A stretch of DNA of 64,000 bases from positions 154,551 through 218,550 of the forward strand of contig CBDFII010000005.1 in NCBI GenBank assembly GCA_965248115.1. The letters run 5' to 3'. Positions 37,969 to 48,357 of the stretch are shown here, piece after piece. Positions within the stretch are counted from its first letter, which is position 1. Each line of letters begins with the position of its first letter. The notes beneath the pieces are model-generated. The model was not told the DNA's origin, did not search any database, and worked only from the letters and a program-made list of their open reading frames with translations. The stretch is from Dehalococcoidia bacterium (GTDB lineage: Bacteria; Chloroflexota; Dehalococcoidia; Lucifugimonadales; CBDFII01). Made by a program: the position numbers and the translations under genes.

Positions 37969-38031
37969 GATACACTCCTCTCCAACAAGCTATCTTCCGT
38001 GAGACGGGTTTGAGCGGGTCTCGGTCTCAAC

Positions 38032-39015
38032 CTAGACGGCCTTCGCTCCTGATCGTGCCTTTGTAAACAGCTTGTAGAATCCATGATATCCACTGGCCAC
38101 CCAGTTTACGGCTTCATCACGGGAGATTTTACCCTCCTTGTGGTTTACCAAGGGTTGCCAGAACACCGTTCGCCCTACGGCAAAACCGATGACCCCTTCT
38201 GTCTGTGCACCAATGGTGAGCCATGTGCCAACTCGTTGCTCATCCTCTCCCCTTCCCAGAACAATAATTCCTACATCTTTCCTTCCATCGGCACGAGCCT
38301 GCGCCACCAGGTCGCGGGCTGCCTTGCCATCGTCTGTTCCCTCCAGTTTCCAGACATCTGGCTCAACCCCGGCTGCTTGCAACTCAGCCATAGCCTGCAC
38401 AGTGAAGCCAGGTCTTAGACGCAGGTCATAGACCCCCGAGTCCTGCCCCACCGATTCCAGTTGAGCCGTGGTTGCCGGTACCAGCATCTCGAACATGAAC
38501 TTGTACCCCACTGAGTGAACGTGGTCGGAAAGCACCTTCAGTCGCCGCCGCTGGTTCCCATTTACCTGAGCGTCGGCATCTGGATTGTAGCGGACTAGCA
38601 CTTTAGCGAATGTTGGATTCGCTTCCGCAAATACCCTTCCGAAGTCTTCACCGTACTCAAAGTCGAACTCTGCCTGACCGCTTTTTCCCACAGGCACACA
38701 GGTTATAATGCCCCGCTTAGCTGCGTCATCAAGAATCTCCCGCCCATAGGTCTGATCAACCAAGATGGCAGCAGTCTCTTGGGGAACGCCCTGCTTCAGG
38801 GCCAGTAAGAACCCATCGTAGACGATGCGCTTGAACCCTGCTAGGTTTTCCTTTTCATGGGCCTCGGGCTCTCTGCCGCGGATCCCCAGGAGTCCCGCTT
38901 CGAAGGATGACCGATGATCGAAGGGTAGCACAAAAAGCTCTTTTCTAAACCCTAGCTGTACGGCGTTCATTTCTTGGCTCTCCCTCCCATCCCTCGTTGT
39001 CGAGTTTTGCGCCAT
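38032..39015 (-). CDS. Class I aldolase-like protein (LacD/DeoC-like; DUF2090-like)
   Basis: The motifs FVLPFDHRSSF and VWKLEG fit the layout I recall for 2-deoxy-5-keto-D-gluconate-6-phosphate aldolase-domain proteins. The assignment comes from memory of motifs only. Confidence 0.55.
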   Translation of the reverse strand: MAQNSTTRDGRESQEMNAVQLGFRKELFVLPFDHRSSFEAGLLGIRGREPEAHEKENLAGFKRIVYDGFLLALKQGVPQETAAILVDQTYGREILDDAAKRGIITCVPVGKSGQAEFDFEYGEDFGRVFAEANPTFAKVLVRYNPDADAQVNGNQRRRLKVLSDHVHSVGYKFMFEMLVPATTAQLESVGQDSGVYDLRLRPGFTVQAMAELQAAGVEPDVWKLEGTDDGKAARDLVAQARADGRKDVGIIVLGRGEDEQRVGTWLTIGAQTEGVIGFAVGRTVFWQPLVNHKEGKISRDEAVNWVASGYHGFYKLFTKARSGAKAV

Positions 39016-39048
39016 TCAGTGGGCCATCCGGTTGTGTTCTTGTATTCG

Positions 39049-39828
39049 TCACTGTACAACATCCAGTAAATCGTGCTGGTCATGGACAATCCAGGCATGT
39101 TCCAACACCTGGTTGGTGTGAAGGCCCATTGTGGTAAATGGCGTCGCTAGGCCAATGACGTTAGCACCAGCGGCAACTCCTGCACGGACGCCGGCGATAG
39201 AGTCTTCCAGAACCAGGCAGTCCTCCGGAGCCACCTTCAGTTTTTTTGCTGCCAGCAGATATATCTCCGGGTCAGGCTTAGGTTTCTCCACATCTTCACG
39301 TGTCAGCACCACGTCGAGAGACTGTTCTATATCTAGAGCATGCAGAACGTGCAACGCCTCTTGGCGATAAGACATGGTTGCCAGGGCCGTCCGGCAAAGG
39401 GTCTCTTTGGCGAGGCGTAGCAGGCCAATGGTGTGGGGCCACTGGTTGTTTCGGAGCACCTGGGGATCGGCCACCATCTCGTCGTATATGACCTTCCTCA
39501 TAGCGGAGAGCACTCCCACAGGCTCCGACGCCTCATACTCGGACAATAGTGGTCGAAGGTGTTCCTCCAGTCCGAGGCTTTTCATGATATGACGGGAGGC
39601 CGCTTCTCTGGATGCACCCACTATCTCCCGGTAAGCTTCAATGGCTCGTGAATCAGGCTCTGGGAGTCCCTGTATGCGCTGGGCAGCGATGGCATAGGAG
39701 AGAGCCTTCAGCTTCTCCGTCTCCACCAGGGTACCGTCCAGATCGAACATGATGGCTTGTATCACGATTATCCTCGACTGCTTGATCTCATCAGCAACCC
39801 TCTGGCTATCAACCTTGAAGCGCCCCAA
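39049..39828 (-). CDS. HAD-family hydrolase (beta-phosphoglucomutase-like subfamily)
   Basis: The motifs MFDLDGTLVETE and a C-terminal LEDS..G..AG are present. Confidence 0.8.
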   Translation of the reverse strand: MGRFKVDSQRVADEIKQSRIIVIQAIMFDLDGTLVETEKLKALSYAIAAQRIQGLPEPDSRAIEAYREIVGASREAASRHIMKSLGLEEHLRPLLSEYEASEPVGVLSAMRKVIYDEMVADPQVLRNNQWPHTIGLLRLAKETLCRTALATMSYRQEALHVLHALDIEQSLDVVLTREDVEKPKPDPEIYLLAAKKLKVAPEDCLVLEDSIAGVRAGVAAGANVIGLATPFTTMGLHTNQVLEHAWIVHDQHDLLDVVQ

Positions 39829-41173
39829 AGGCCCGCTGGACTACCTCTGGGAGGGCTGGATGCACGTAGATGGACTGGCTTATCGCATCGGTAGTTAGGC
39901 CCATTCGCATGGCGTTTACCGCCTCCTGGATGAGTATGGAGGCATCGGTGCCAATGATGTGGCAACCGAGGATCTCTCCGGTCTCAGAGTGGGCCAGCAC
40001 CTTGACAAAGCCGTCTCGGTCCTCAATGGAGGATCCATAGGCGGTGTTGTAGTAGTCGTAGGTGCCCGCAATGTAAGGAATGGCGTCATCCTTTGCGGTT
40101 TGCTCGGTTATTCCTACACTGGCAACCTGGGGCGAAGCAAAAATGGCATGGGGCATAGCACGGTAGTTCACCGCTACCTTGTGCTCCTGGTTGAAGATAT
40201 TGTTGGCCACATAGGCTGCCTCCAGGTTGGCGCTGTGCTTTAGCAGGTACTTCCCGACGATGTCTCCCAGAGCCCAGATGCCCGGCACCCTAGTCTCCAG
40301 GTACTCATCGGTCTTGATGAACCCTTGCTGATCAGTCTCGACTCCGCTTCTAGCTACCTCCAACAGGTCCGTGTTGGGGACCCGACCGGTAGCAATAAGA
40401 AGAGCATCGGCAGCGACGGTCGCTGTGTTCCCATCTACCGACACATCCACCGTAATCTCATCCCCGTGGCGAGAGACGGAGGCGACATGAGAGTTCAGGA
40501 GAAGATTGAGCTTACGCTGGTACACCTCGGTAAAACGACGAGCGATATCTTCATCTTCGTTTCGAAGCAGGATGGATCGCCGGTGCACTATGGTAACCTC
40601 TGTGTCCAAAGAGCTGAAGAAATGGGCCATCTCGGCAGCGATGTATCCCCCACCAACAATGACGAGTCGCTTGGGCTGCTCCGGTAGTCGCAATGCCTCG
40701 TCGGAGGTAATATATAGGGTATCCCCCAGGCCTGGTATCTCCGGAATCGAAGGGCGGGTGCCCGCCGCAATAACTACGGTCTCGGCGCTGATGTGCTCTC
40801 CATTGACTTCCAGGGTCTTTCCCTCCACAAATCGGCCGATGCCCTTATAGACCGTGGTGTTGGGAGCTTCTCGGTTACCCTTCTCGATGGCCTGGGCGTC
40901 GCCGTCGATTTCGTCAAATGCGCGCCGGATGATGAAGGACCAGTCCACCCCTTCTACCTTGGCCTTGATGCCGAAAAGCTCTGCCCTATGGATGGTCTCC
41001 ATCACATCGGCACAATGGATTAGCATTTTGGAAGGGATGCAACCCCGGTTCAGGCAAGTCCCGCCAAAGGGCCCTTGCTCCACCACAGCCACCGACAGCC
41101 CTCGAGCTGCAGCTTCTGAAGAGACCTCTAATCCTGAGCCCGAACCAATCACGATTAGGTCGAAGCTCCTCAC
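39809..41173 (-). CDS. Class I pyridine nucleotide-disulfide oxidoreductase (dihydrolipoyl dehydrogenase / mycothione-glutathione reductase-like)
   Basis: The motifs DLIVIGSGSG, the redox disulfide GGTCLNRGCIPSK, and C-terminal HPALPE are present. Confidence 0.85.
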   Translation of the reverse strand: MRSFDLIVIGSGSGLEVSSEAAARGLSVAVVEQGPFGGTCLNRGCIPSKMLIHCADVMETIHRAELFGIKAKVEGVDWSFIIRRAFDEIDGDAQAIEKGNREAPNTTVYKGIGRFVEGKTLEVNGEHISAETVVIAAGTRPSIPEIPGLGDTLYITSDEALRLPEQPKRLVIVGGGYIAAEMAHFFSSLDTEVTIVHRRSILLRNEDEDIARRFTEVYQRKLNLLLNSHVASVSRHGDEITVDVSVDGNTATVAADALLIATGRVPNTDLLEVARSGVETDQQGFIKTDEYLETRVPGIWALGDIVGKYLLKHSANLEAAYVANNIFNQEHKVAVNYRAMPHAIFASPQVASVGITEQTAKDDAIPYIAGTYDYYNTAYGSSIEDRDGFVKVLAHSETGEILGCHIIGTDASILIQEAVNAMRMGLTTDAISQSIYVHPALPEVVQRAFGALQG

Positions 41174-41222
41174 GAGACCTCTCTTGTAGGGAGAAGTTCA
41201 AAGTGCATAGTTATCCTTCCCA

Positions 41223-43985
41223 TTAGGGCAGGTTCCTGGCCAACTGCCCGATCTCTGACTCGCCATCCCGTGCCACGTGGATTTTTGCAGTGGGTCGGCC
41301 TAGATCCTGCAAAGTTCGCAGGTCTCCCAGGGCCTGAGCCTCGGCCAGCATGCCGAAGGTATACGGCTCTCCAGGGATGCGTAGGTCCGTCTCATGGTTC
41401 CCAGTTACCTGAAGGAACAGGCCTGTGGCTGGGCCTCCTTTGTGAAGCTGGCCTGTAGAGTGTAGAAATCGTGGACCGTAACCCAAAGTGGTGGCGATAT
41501 GGTACCGCTGCATGACCTTCTCCCGGAGATCTGCTAGAGCTCGGTCTACACCTGCCGTTTGCGGTAGGTATGTCATAATGGCCAGGTAATCGCCACGCCT
41601 AGCTTCAGACAGCAGGTCCTGAAGGGAGTCCTTGGTCGTCATCTCCGGAAGCCGACCGGATGTTTGGTATTCCTGCAACATCCTCGCCGTCAGGTCTTTG
41701 GCATGTTGCACGTTGGGCTGGTCAAAGGGGTGAATACCTAGAATAGCCCCCGCTACTGCGGTTGCCAACTCCCAGCGGAAGAACTCAGCGCCAAGGTCGT
41801 ACAGGTCTCGCAAGTCCAGACGCACCACAGGCTGCCCGGAAGCTTCCATGCTCTCAATGGTGGCGTCGGTATCGACATTATCGTCGCCCTCAAGTCTCAA
41901 ATAGACAAACAGCCGGTCAGCGCCGCAGTATGATGGGTCTATTAAGGGCTCACCCACAACAGGTATGATGCCCTTTCCATCCTTTCCGGTGCTCTCGGCG
42001 ATGAGCTGCTCCACCCAGAGCCCAAAGGAGCCAATAGATGGCGAAGAGACCAGGGTGAGCTTGTCAAGGCCTCTTAGAGCAAGTGAGCCCATGGCTGCTC
42101 CAAGCCAAGCACCAGGGTTTTCATTGAGGGGCACGCAAGAGGTGCAGCCTTCACGCATACAGTCTGCACGGTTGAGCAACTCTGCGATGTCTATTCCAGT
42201 GAGGACCGCAGGGACCAGTCCGAAATAGGAGAGTACTGAGTAGCGCCCTCCAATATCAGGGGGGGTCAGAAAGAGACGACGGAACCCGTGTTCCTGTGCC
42301 AGCCTTTCGAGAGATGTTCCAGGGTCAGTGATAGCCACGAAGTTCCTGCCGACCTCTGCATTTCTAACTACCCCTTTTACTAACGCTCTGAAGTGCTGGT
42401 AAAGGGACAAAGTCTCGATAGTGCCGCCTGACTTGGAGGAGACGAGGAACAGGGTCTTCGTTGGGTCAATGCTCGCCGTCACAGCATGCACCGCTTCAGG
42501 CACTGTGGAGTCTAGGACGATGAGCTCAGGATACCCAGCGCTGTTTCCGAATGCCTGTCGAAGTACCTCTGGCCCAAGGCTACTCCCACCCATGCCCAGC
42601 AACACAACATAGCGATAGCCATCTTCCCTCACCTCCTGAGCGAAAGCTTCTAAAGCGGGGACCTTCTCGCACATCAGATCGGTAACAGTAAGCCACCCCA
42701 AGCGGTTGGTGATTTCCGTAGGATCAGATTTCCAGACAGTGTGGTCTTTACGCCAGATACGACCCACCACATCCCGTTTTTGTAAGTCGGCGACAGTTGT
42801 CTCCACATCTTGTAGCATTTTGCCCAGGCTGACACCAAAGGGACCACGCTCTCGCGCCAACAGCCGCCCCTTCTTCTCCTCGATATTGGCCATCAGTTTG
42901 TCGAAGGAGTCGGCAAAGCTCTTCACTCCATCGGACAGAAGCTTCGTCGTGACCTCGTCCATGCTTATACCTGTTGCTGCGAGGGACTCCGTCGTCTGGT
43001 GGGCTTCTGTCACGTCCTGCTCCAGGGTCGCCTCCACGCAGCCGTGCTCCAAAAAGGCCGTGAGCGTGGGGGGTGGCACCGTATTTACGGTGTCCGGACC
43101 AACCAGCGACTCCACGTACAGCAAGTCACTATAGGCGGGGTTCTTCGTGCCGGTGCTGGCCCAAAGGGGACGCTGCACTCGAGCGCCTTTATCCCGTAGG
43201 ACTGCGAAACGCTCGTCGGCAAAGGTGTCCGTGAAGGCCTCATAGGCCAATTTGGCGTTGGCAATGGCAGCCTTGCCCATGAGAGTTGTAAGCTCTTTCT
43301 CTCCCTGACGGATACGCTCCTCCAGTAGACCATCCACAACTGCATCCACTCGGCTTACGAAGAAAGACGCTACCGACGCCACTCCGCCTAAGTCTCGGCC
43401 AGACTGGGCCAGATCCTCCAGCCCACTAATATAGGCCTCCATCACCTGACTATATACATCTAAGGAAAAAATGAGAGTGACATTAACATTGATGCCTTCA
43501 CCTATGAGGGAACGGATAGCGGGGATACCCTCGGGAGTAGCTGGCACCTTGACCATTACGTTGGGTCGGTCCAGGGTAGTGAACAGGCGCCTGGCATCGC
43601 TGATGGTGCCCTCCGTGTCATGGGCCAGTGCCGGACTCACCTCCAGGCAGGCATAGCCGTCGGCTCCATCTGTACGGTTATAGACGGTTCTCAGTAGGTC
43701 TGCAGCATCACGAATGTCTGCTACCACCAGCGCCTCATATATTTCTTCGGTGCTCTTGCCCGATTGAGCCAAGGATATGAGCACCTCATCGTAGTCGGTG
43801 CTTCCGGCAATGGCCTTTTCAAAGATGGTTGGATTGGAGGTCACGCCAGATACCCCCTGCTCTATGAGCCGATTAAGCTCCCCGGAGGTAAGCAGCCCTC
43901 GACGCATATTGTCATACCAGATAGCCTGGCCTAGGCGCTGGGCCTCCTGGATAGCATCGGCCCTGACATTACTTCTCGTACTCAT
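41223..43985 (-). CDS. Bifunctional transaldolase / glucose-6-phosphate isomerase
   Basis: The N-terminus (GQAIWYDNMRR...TSNPTIF...VKVPAT) is transaldolase. The C-terminal ~550 aa is PGI-like. The ATG at 43985 shares one base with the rpiB stop. Confidence 0.9.
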   Translation of the reverse strand: MSTRSNVRADAIQEAQRLGQAIWYDNMRRGLLTSGELNRLIEQGVSGVTSNPTIFEKAIAGSTDYDEVLISLAQSGKSTEEIYEALVVADIRDAADLLRTVYNRTDGADGYACLEVSPALAHDTEGTISDARRLFTTLDRPNVMVKVPATPEGIPAIRSLIGEGINVNVTLIFSLDVYSQVMEAYISGLEDLAQSGRDLGGVASVASFFVSRVDAVVDGLLEERIRQGEKELTTLMGKAAIANAKLAYEAFTDTFADERFAVLRDKGARVQRPLWASTGTKNPAYSDLLYVESLVGPDTVNTVPPPTLTAFLEHGCVEATLEQDVTEAHQTTESLAATGISMDEVTTKLLSDGVKSFADSFDKLMANIEEKKGRLLARERGPFGVSLGKMLQDVETTVADLQKRDVVGRIWRKDHTVWKSDPTEITNRLGWLTVTDLMCEKVPALEAFAQEVREDGYRYVVLLGMGGSSLGPEVLRQAFGNSAGYPELIVLDSTVPEAVHAVTASIDPTKTLFLVSSKSGGTIETLSLYQHFRALVKGVVRNAEVGRNFVAITDPGTSLERLAQEHGFRRLFLTPPDIGGRYSVLSYFGLVPAVLTGIDIAELLNRADCMREGCTSCVPLNENPGAWLGAAMGSLALRGLDKLTLVSSPSIGSFGLWVEQLIAESTGKDGKGIIPVVGEPLIDPSYCGADRLFVYLRLEGDDNVDTDATIESMEASGQPVVRLDLRDLYDLGAEFFRWELATAVAGAILGIHPFDQPNVQHAKDLTARMLQEYQTSGRLPEMTTKDSLQDLLSEARRGDYLAIMTYLPQTAGVDRALADLREKVMQRYHIATTLGYGPRFLHSTGQLHKGGPATGLFLQVTGNHETDLRIPGEPYTFGMLAEAQALGDLRTLQDLGRPTAKIHVARDGESEIGQLARNLP

Positions 43986-44455
43986 TATGACCCCCCTTGA
44001 ACAGCCTTGTGCTCGATGGCCTGCACCTTTTGAAGGCGACGGCAATGTCGCTCCTCTCCGCTAAAACGGGCATGGAGAAAGGCTATTATCAGCTCCTTGG
44101 CCAAATCCATCCCAACGACTCGGGTCCCCAGGCAGAGGATGTTCATATCGTCGTGCTCCACTCCCTGGCGGGCCGAATAGGTGTCATGACATAGGCCAGC
44201 CCGAGCACCGTTCACCTTGTTAGCAGCGATGGAGGCACCTACACCGCTGCCACACAGCACTATGCCACGCTGTGCTTCATCTGAAACCACTACTTGAGCC
44301 ACCGCTTCCGCAAAATCTGGATAGTCGTCAGAGGGATCCAGGGAGTGGGCACCCAGGTTTAACACCTGGTATCCCTGATCTTGCAGCCACGATAGCAGAT
44401 CGGCCTTCAATGGAAAGCCCCAATGGTCAGCGCCCAGGGCAACGAGCAGCCTCAT
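43985..44455 (-). CDS. rpiB: Ribose-5-phosphate isomerase B
   Basis: The motifs [22 protein letters not shown] and C-terminal RH.RR are present. Its start overlaps the tkt stop (ATGA). Confidence 0.9.
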   Translation of the reverse strand: MRLLVALGADHWGFPLKADLLSWLQDQGYQVLNLGAHSLDPSDDYPDFAEAVAQVVVSDEAQRGIVLCGSGVGASIAANKVNGARAGLCHDTYSARQGVEHDDMNILCLGTRVVGMDLAKELIIAFLHARFSGEERHCRRLQKVQAIEHKAVQGGS

Positions 44456-46470
44456 ACCCTTGCCTCTTGTAACAGTCCCATGGCCTCATCTATGACCCGC
44501 TGCGCTGTCAGGCCCAACTGCTGGTAGAGCACTTCGCCTGGGGCTGACGCGCCAAAGCGGGACAGTCCCACGACTACGCCGTCCAGTCCCACATACCGCT
44601 CCCAACCTAGAGAGCTGGCCGCTTCTATAGAGACCCTTGCCCGTACCTCCGTGGGCAAAACGCTGTTACGATACTCTTCTGGCTGGCTATCGAACAGCTC
44701 CCAGGAGGGCAGTGAGACAACGCGGGCGGAGATTCCCCTCTCCTGAAGACCCTTTCCCGCCTCAAGGGCGATGTGAACCTCGGAGCCGGTAGCAATGAGA
44801 ATGATATCAAAGTGTGTCGCAGCTTCCCATAGCACATATCCGCCCCGTCGCAAGCCCCTAGTAGAAGCCACATCCGTCCGCTCTAGTACAGGCAAGTTCT
44901 GACGGCTAAGCACAAGGACAGTTGGGCCGTGTGTCCGCTCCAGTGCTACTCTCCACGCCTCAACTGTCTCAGTCGCATCTGCGGGTCGGATTACTACCAG
45001 GTTTGGTACAGCTCTAAGACCCATGAGTTGCTCTATAGGCTGATGGGTGGAACCATCCTCACCGAGACCGATGGAGTCGTGAGTGAAGACATAAATAACA
45101 CGCAACTTCATGAGAGCCGCCAGGCGCATGGGAGGGCGCATATAGTCGGAAAAGATGAAAAAAGTGGCAGTATAAGGGATGATACCTCCATGAAGCGCCA
45201 TACCATTGGCAATGGCACCCATGGCGTGCTCCCGAACCCCAAAGTGCATGTTGTGGCCGCAATACTCCTCAAACCCGTAATGCCCGTGGTCTTTGAGGGT
45301 GGTCTTGGTAGAGGGCGACAAATCGGCTGAGCCTCCAGTGAAGGCATGAACTCTATTAGCGATATCGTTCATCACCTGACCTGAGGCCTCCCTGGTGGAG
45401 ATGGACTTGTCCACCCCTCTAAACTGGTCCTCAAGATCACGGTCCCAGCCGTTAGGCAGCTCTCCGCGCAGGGCCTCTTCTAGCTGCTGGGCCTCTTCCG
45501 AGTAGGCCTGACGGTAAGCCTCTAACCTGACCAGCCACTCCTCCTGGTAGAGCTTGCCCCGCTCCTGAGCCTGACGAAAGTAGTCTAGAGCCTCAGGGGG
45601 CACGCTGAAAGGCTCTTGGTAGGACCACCCCAGGCGCTCTTTGGCAAGACCTACTTCCGCTTCTCCTAGAGGCTCGCCATGGGCAGCCGCAGTGCCTGCC
45701 AGGTTAGGACTTCCATAGCCTATTATAGTGCGGCAGATGATGAGGCTAGGGCGGGTGGTCTCTTGCTGGGCCATACGGATGGCCGAGTCCACAGAAGCGA
45801 TATCCATTCCGTCTACAGGGCCGATTACATGCCAGCCGTAGGCCTGGAATCGCTGGGCTACGTTCTCTGCAAAGGCGATGTCGGTATTGCCCTCAATGGA
45901 GATGTCGTTGTCGTCGTATAAGTAGATGAGCTTGCCGAGACGCAACGTACCTGCCAGCGAGGCCGCTTCAGAGGCGACACCTTCCTGGAGGTCACCATCG
46001 GAGACGATGGCGTAGGTGTAGTGGTTGACTATCTCGTGATCCGGCCGGTTGTAATGCTCTGCCAGCCACCTCTCCGCTATGGCCATACCCACACCATGGG
46101 CGAATCCCTGGCCGAGAGGGCCCGTGGTCATCTCCACACCGGGAGTAAGCCCATATTCTGGGTGGCCTGGCGTCTTGCTTCCCCACTGCCGAAAACGTTT
46201 CAACTCCTCCAGTGGCAGGTCGTACCCGGTGAGATAAAGAAGGGCGTATAGCATACCTGAGGCATGACCTGGCGAGAGGATAAAGCGATCCCTGTCTGGC
46301 CACGTCGTGTGGTTGGGGCTATGTTTGAGGAAGCGGTCCCACAATACAAAGGCCATCGGAGCCGCACCCATGGGAGTACCTGGGTGGCCAGAGTTCGCCC
46401 GCTGCACGGCATCTACAGCTAAAAACCGGATGGTGTTAATGCACAGTTGCTCAAGCCCAGGGTCGGCCAT
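44452..46470 (-). CDS. tkt: Transketolase
   Basis: The motifs [20 protein letters not shown] and GDG.L.EG are present. A strong RBS (AAGGAGG) precedes the ATG at 46470; the track ORF extends to 46527. Confidence 0.95.
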   Translation of the reverse strand: MADPGLEQLCINTIRFLAVDAVQRANSGHPGTPMGAAPMAFVLWDRFLKHSPNHTTWPDRDRFILSPGHASGMLYALLYLTGYDLPLEELKRFRQWGSKTPGHPEYGLTPGVEMTTGPLGQGFAHGVGMAIAERWLAEHYNRPDHEIVNHYTYAIVSDGDLQEGVASEAASLAGTLRLGKLIYLYDDNDISIEGNTDIAFAENVAQRFQAYGWHVIGPVDGMDIASVDSAIRMAQQETTRPSLIICRTIIGYGSPNLAGTAAAHGEPLGEAEVGLAKERLGWSYQEPFSVPPEALDYFRQAQERGKLYQEEWLVRLEAYRQAYSEEAQQLEEALRGELPNGWDRDLEDQFRGVDKSISTREASGQVMNDIANRVHAFTGGSADLSPSTKTTLKDHGHYGFEEYCGHNMHFGVREHAMGAIANGMALHGGIIPYTATFFIFSDYMRPPMRLAALMKLRVIYVFTHDSIGLGEDGSTHQPIEQLMGLRAVPNLVVIRPADATETVEAWRVALERTHGPTVLVLSRQNLPVLERTDVASTRGLRRGGYVLWEAATHFDIILIATGSEVHIALEAGKGLQERGISARVVSLPSWELFDSQPEEYRNSVLPTEVRARVSIEAASSLGWERYVGLDGVVVGLSRFGASAPGEVLYQQLGLTAQRVIDEAMGLLQEARV

Positions 46471-46931
46471 TGGTGCCTCCTTGCGTAGTCTGCCACGCCC
46501 GTTGGCCACTATGAGCGCAATAGTCATTAAGGGCGCCGTAGGGATGGCGTTGCCTCTCTATTACCTTTTGATGCGCTGAATCCCCCTTAAGGTTTGCCTC
46601 ATTTGCTTCCACACGCTCTTTTACTCTAATCATTTCCGCCCCTGCAGTCCAGGGAAGTCTTGTCCCGCGCTCTAAACCATTCTTCACTCCCAAAATACCG
46701 TTTCATAGCAGCATTAATCGCTTCCATTCGCTCTACGAGCACCGCAGAGTCCATTGAACCTATGGCTTGCTTTGAGGATGCTCCTTAGTCAAGAAGCTTC
46801 ATGTGAATCATCCATTATCTCCTTCTATGTGCCTACCAACTATGCTCTGCGTCGCGAAGTGGCACAATGTGTCAAGAGGGAAGTAAAGTACTAGAGGTAT
46901 AATGGGAGAAATTGTTACACAGACTCGTGGG

Positions 46932-46966
46932 AATAGCGTGGGCCGTGCCAAAGAGCCCACGCTATT
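46932..46966 (+). promoter_or_regulatory. Perfect 12-bp hairpin in the leader of the MFS transporter gene
   Basis: AATAGCGTGGGC, an 11-nt loop and GCCCACGCTATT lie 29 nt after a perfect TATAAT (46898-46903) and 33 nt before the ATG at 46999. Confidence 0.4.
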
Positions 46967-46998
46967 TCTGATGAAGAAGATCTCTACTGTCCGCTTGT

Positions 46999-48264
46999 AT
47001 GGCAAGGCACATGTCCTCTGAGGAACTAAAACCTAAGCGCTCAGCACTAGTCGCCTGGATCATCTACGACGTAGGCAACACCCTATTCTTTACGGGGATA
47101 GTGGGTCTTTTCTTTCCTCTTTGGATAACTCGCGAGATGTCAGGAGACGATGCCACCTTAGGGTACACCCTCTCGGCAGCCATGGCCCTAATGCTACTGG
47201 TGGCGCCTATCGTTGGTGCCTTCTCTGATCAGACCCGAAGAAGGATGCCCTTCCTGGTCGTAACCACACTAACTTGCTCCTCAGCAACCCTTCTGTTAGG
47301 AGGCGACAACCTAACTTTGGCCTTGAGCCTCTTCGCCCTAGCGGTCGTTGCTTTGAATATGGCAGACATCTTTTACAATGCCATGCTAGCCGAAGTCAGC
47401 ACGGAGAATACAAGGGGCACTATTGGAGGCTTGGGTGTTGGCATAGGCTATTTAGGTGCCATCACGGCGGTGGCTATAGGCCTAATCTTTGTCGAGTCTC
47501 GGGGCTACGTATTCGGCTTTCGAGCCGTGGGTATCCTGTTTCTCCTGCTTTCACTACCCCTTCTTGTACTGCTGAAGGAACATCCTCGGCCTACCCTGAA
47601 CCTAACGGTGGCCGAGAGAACAGGGAAAACCTTGACCCAGCTAAAGACGACACTGACCAATATTCAACGTTTCCCAGGCCTGCTTCAATTTCTAATAGCC
47701 CGTTTCTGGTACACCTGGGCAGTCAACACCGCCTCCACTTTTGGCGTACTCTACGCCACAGGTAGTGTGGGTCTGGATGAGCGCGAGGTACAACTAGTGC
47801 TCCTGGTAGGTATTCTCGTGGCCATACCCAGCGGGATTCTTTGGGGCATCGGTGTGGACCGAGTTGGGCCAAATCGAGCCCTTAGAATCGTTCTCTTGGG
47901 CTGGATTTTAGTCCTTTTACTGGCGGTGGGAATTCCTTGGCTGGGGCTGCCTTCCCATTTATGGTGGGCAGTGGGGGTTATCAGCGGAGTACTGATAGCG
48001 GGGATTTGGGCAACTGATCGGCCTTACATGCTTAGGCTGACATCGCCCAGGTACTTGGGAGAATTCTTTGGCCTTCGCAACATGACGGGTAGGTTATCAG
48101 CCATCGCTGGCCCTTTTACATGGGGTTATTTGTCAGTGACCCTGAACCTGGGACAGACGGCCGCCGTGTTGAGCCTCGTAGCCTGTGTAGTCATCTCCTA
48201 TGTGCTGATCCAGGGAGTCAGCGACAAGGTTCACACGTGGTCAAATGAGCTTGGTGACTATTAG
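46999..48264 (+). CDS. MFS transporter (UMF1/Atg22-like subfamily)
   Basis: It has about 12 TM segments. The N-terminal motif is ALVAWIIYDVGNTLFFTGIVGLFFPLW. Confidence 0.8.
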   Translation: MARHMSSEELKPKRSALVAWIIYDVGNTLFFTGIVGLFFPLWITREMSGDDATLGYTLSAAMALMLLVAPIVGAFSDQTRRRMPFLVVTTLTCSSATLLLGGDNLTLALSLFALAVVALNMADIFYNAMLAEVSTENTRGTIGGLGVGIGYLGAITAVAIGLIFVESRGYVFGFRAVGILFLLLSLPLLVLLKEHPRPTLNLTVAERTGKTLTQLKTTLTNIQRFPGLLQFLIARFWYTWAVNTASTFGVLYATGSVGLDEREVQLVLLVGILVAIPSGILWGIGVDRVGPNRALRIVLLGWILVLLLAVGIPWLGLPSHLWWAVGVISGVLIAGIWATDRPYMLRLTSPRYLGEFFGLRNMTGRLSAIAGPFTWGYLSVTLNLGQTAAVLSLVACVVISYVLIQGVSDKVHTWSNELGDY

Positions 48265-48357
48265 AGATTTGAATGCATCGACACGGGCCATCCTGTGAGA
48301 TCGGTGCATCTTGGGCTGCGCCTCTGTCCGCTGAGGTCAGAAGGAGACTTGCAAACC

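Noticed and set aside
46600-46800. Small minus-strand ORFs upstream of tkt (for example a 42-aa MDSAVLVERMEAINAAMKRYFGSEEWFRARDK... and track ORF 46451..46693).
   Set aside because: They are short, have no convincing RBS and match no recognisable family. One overlaps the tkt RBS region. There is not enough evidence to call a gene.
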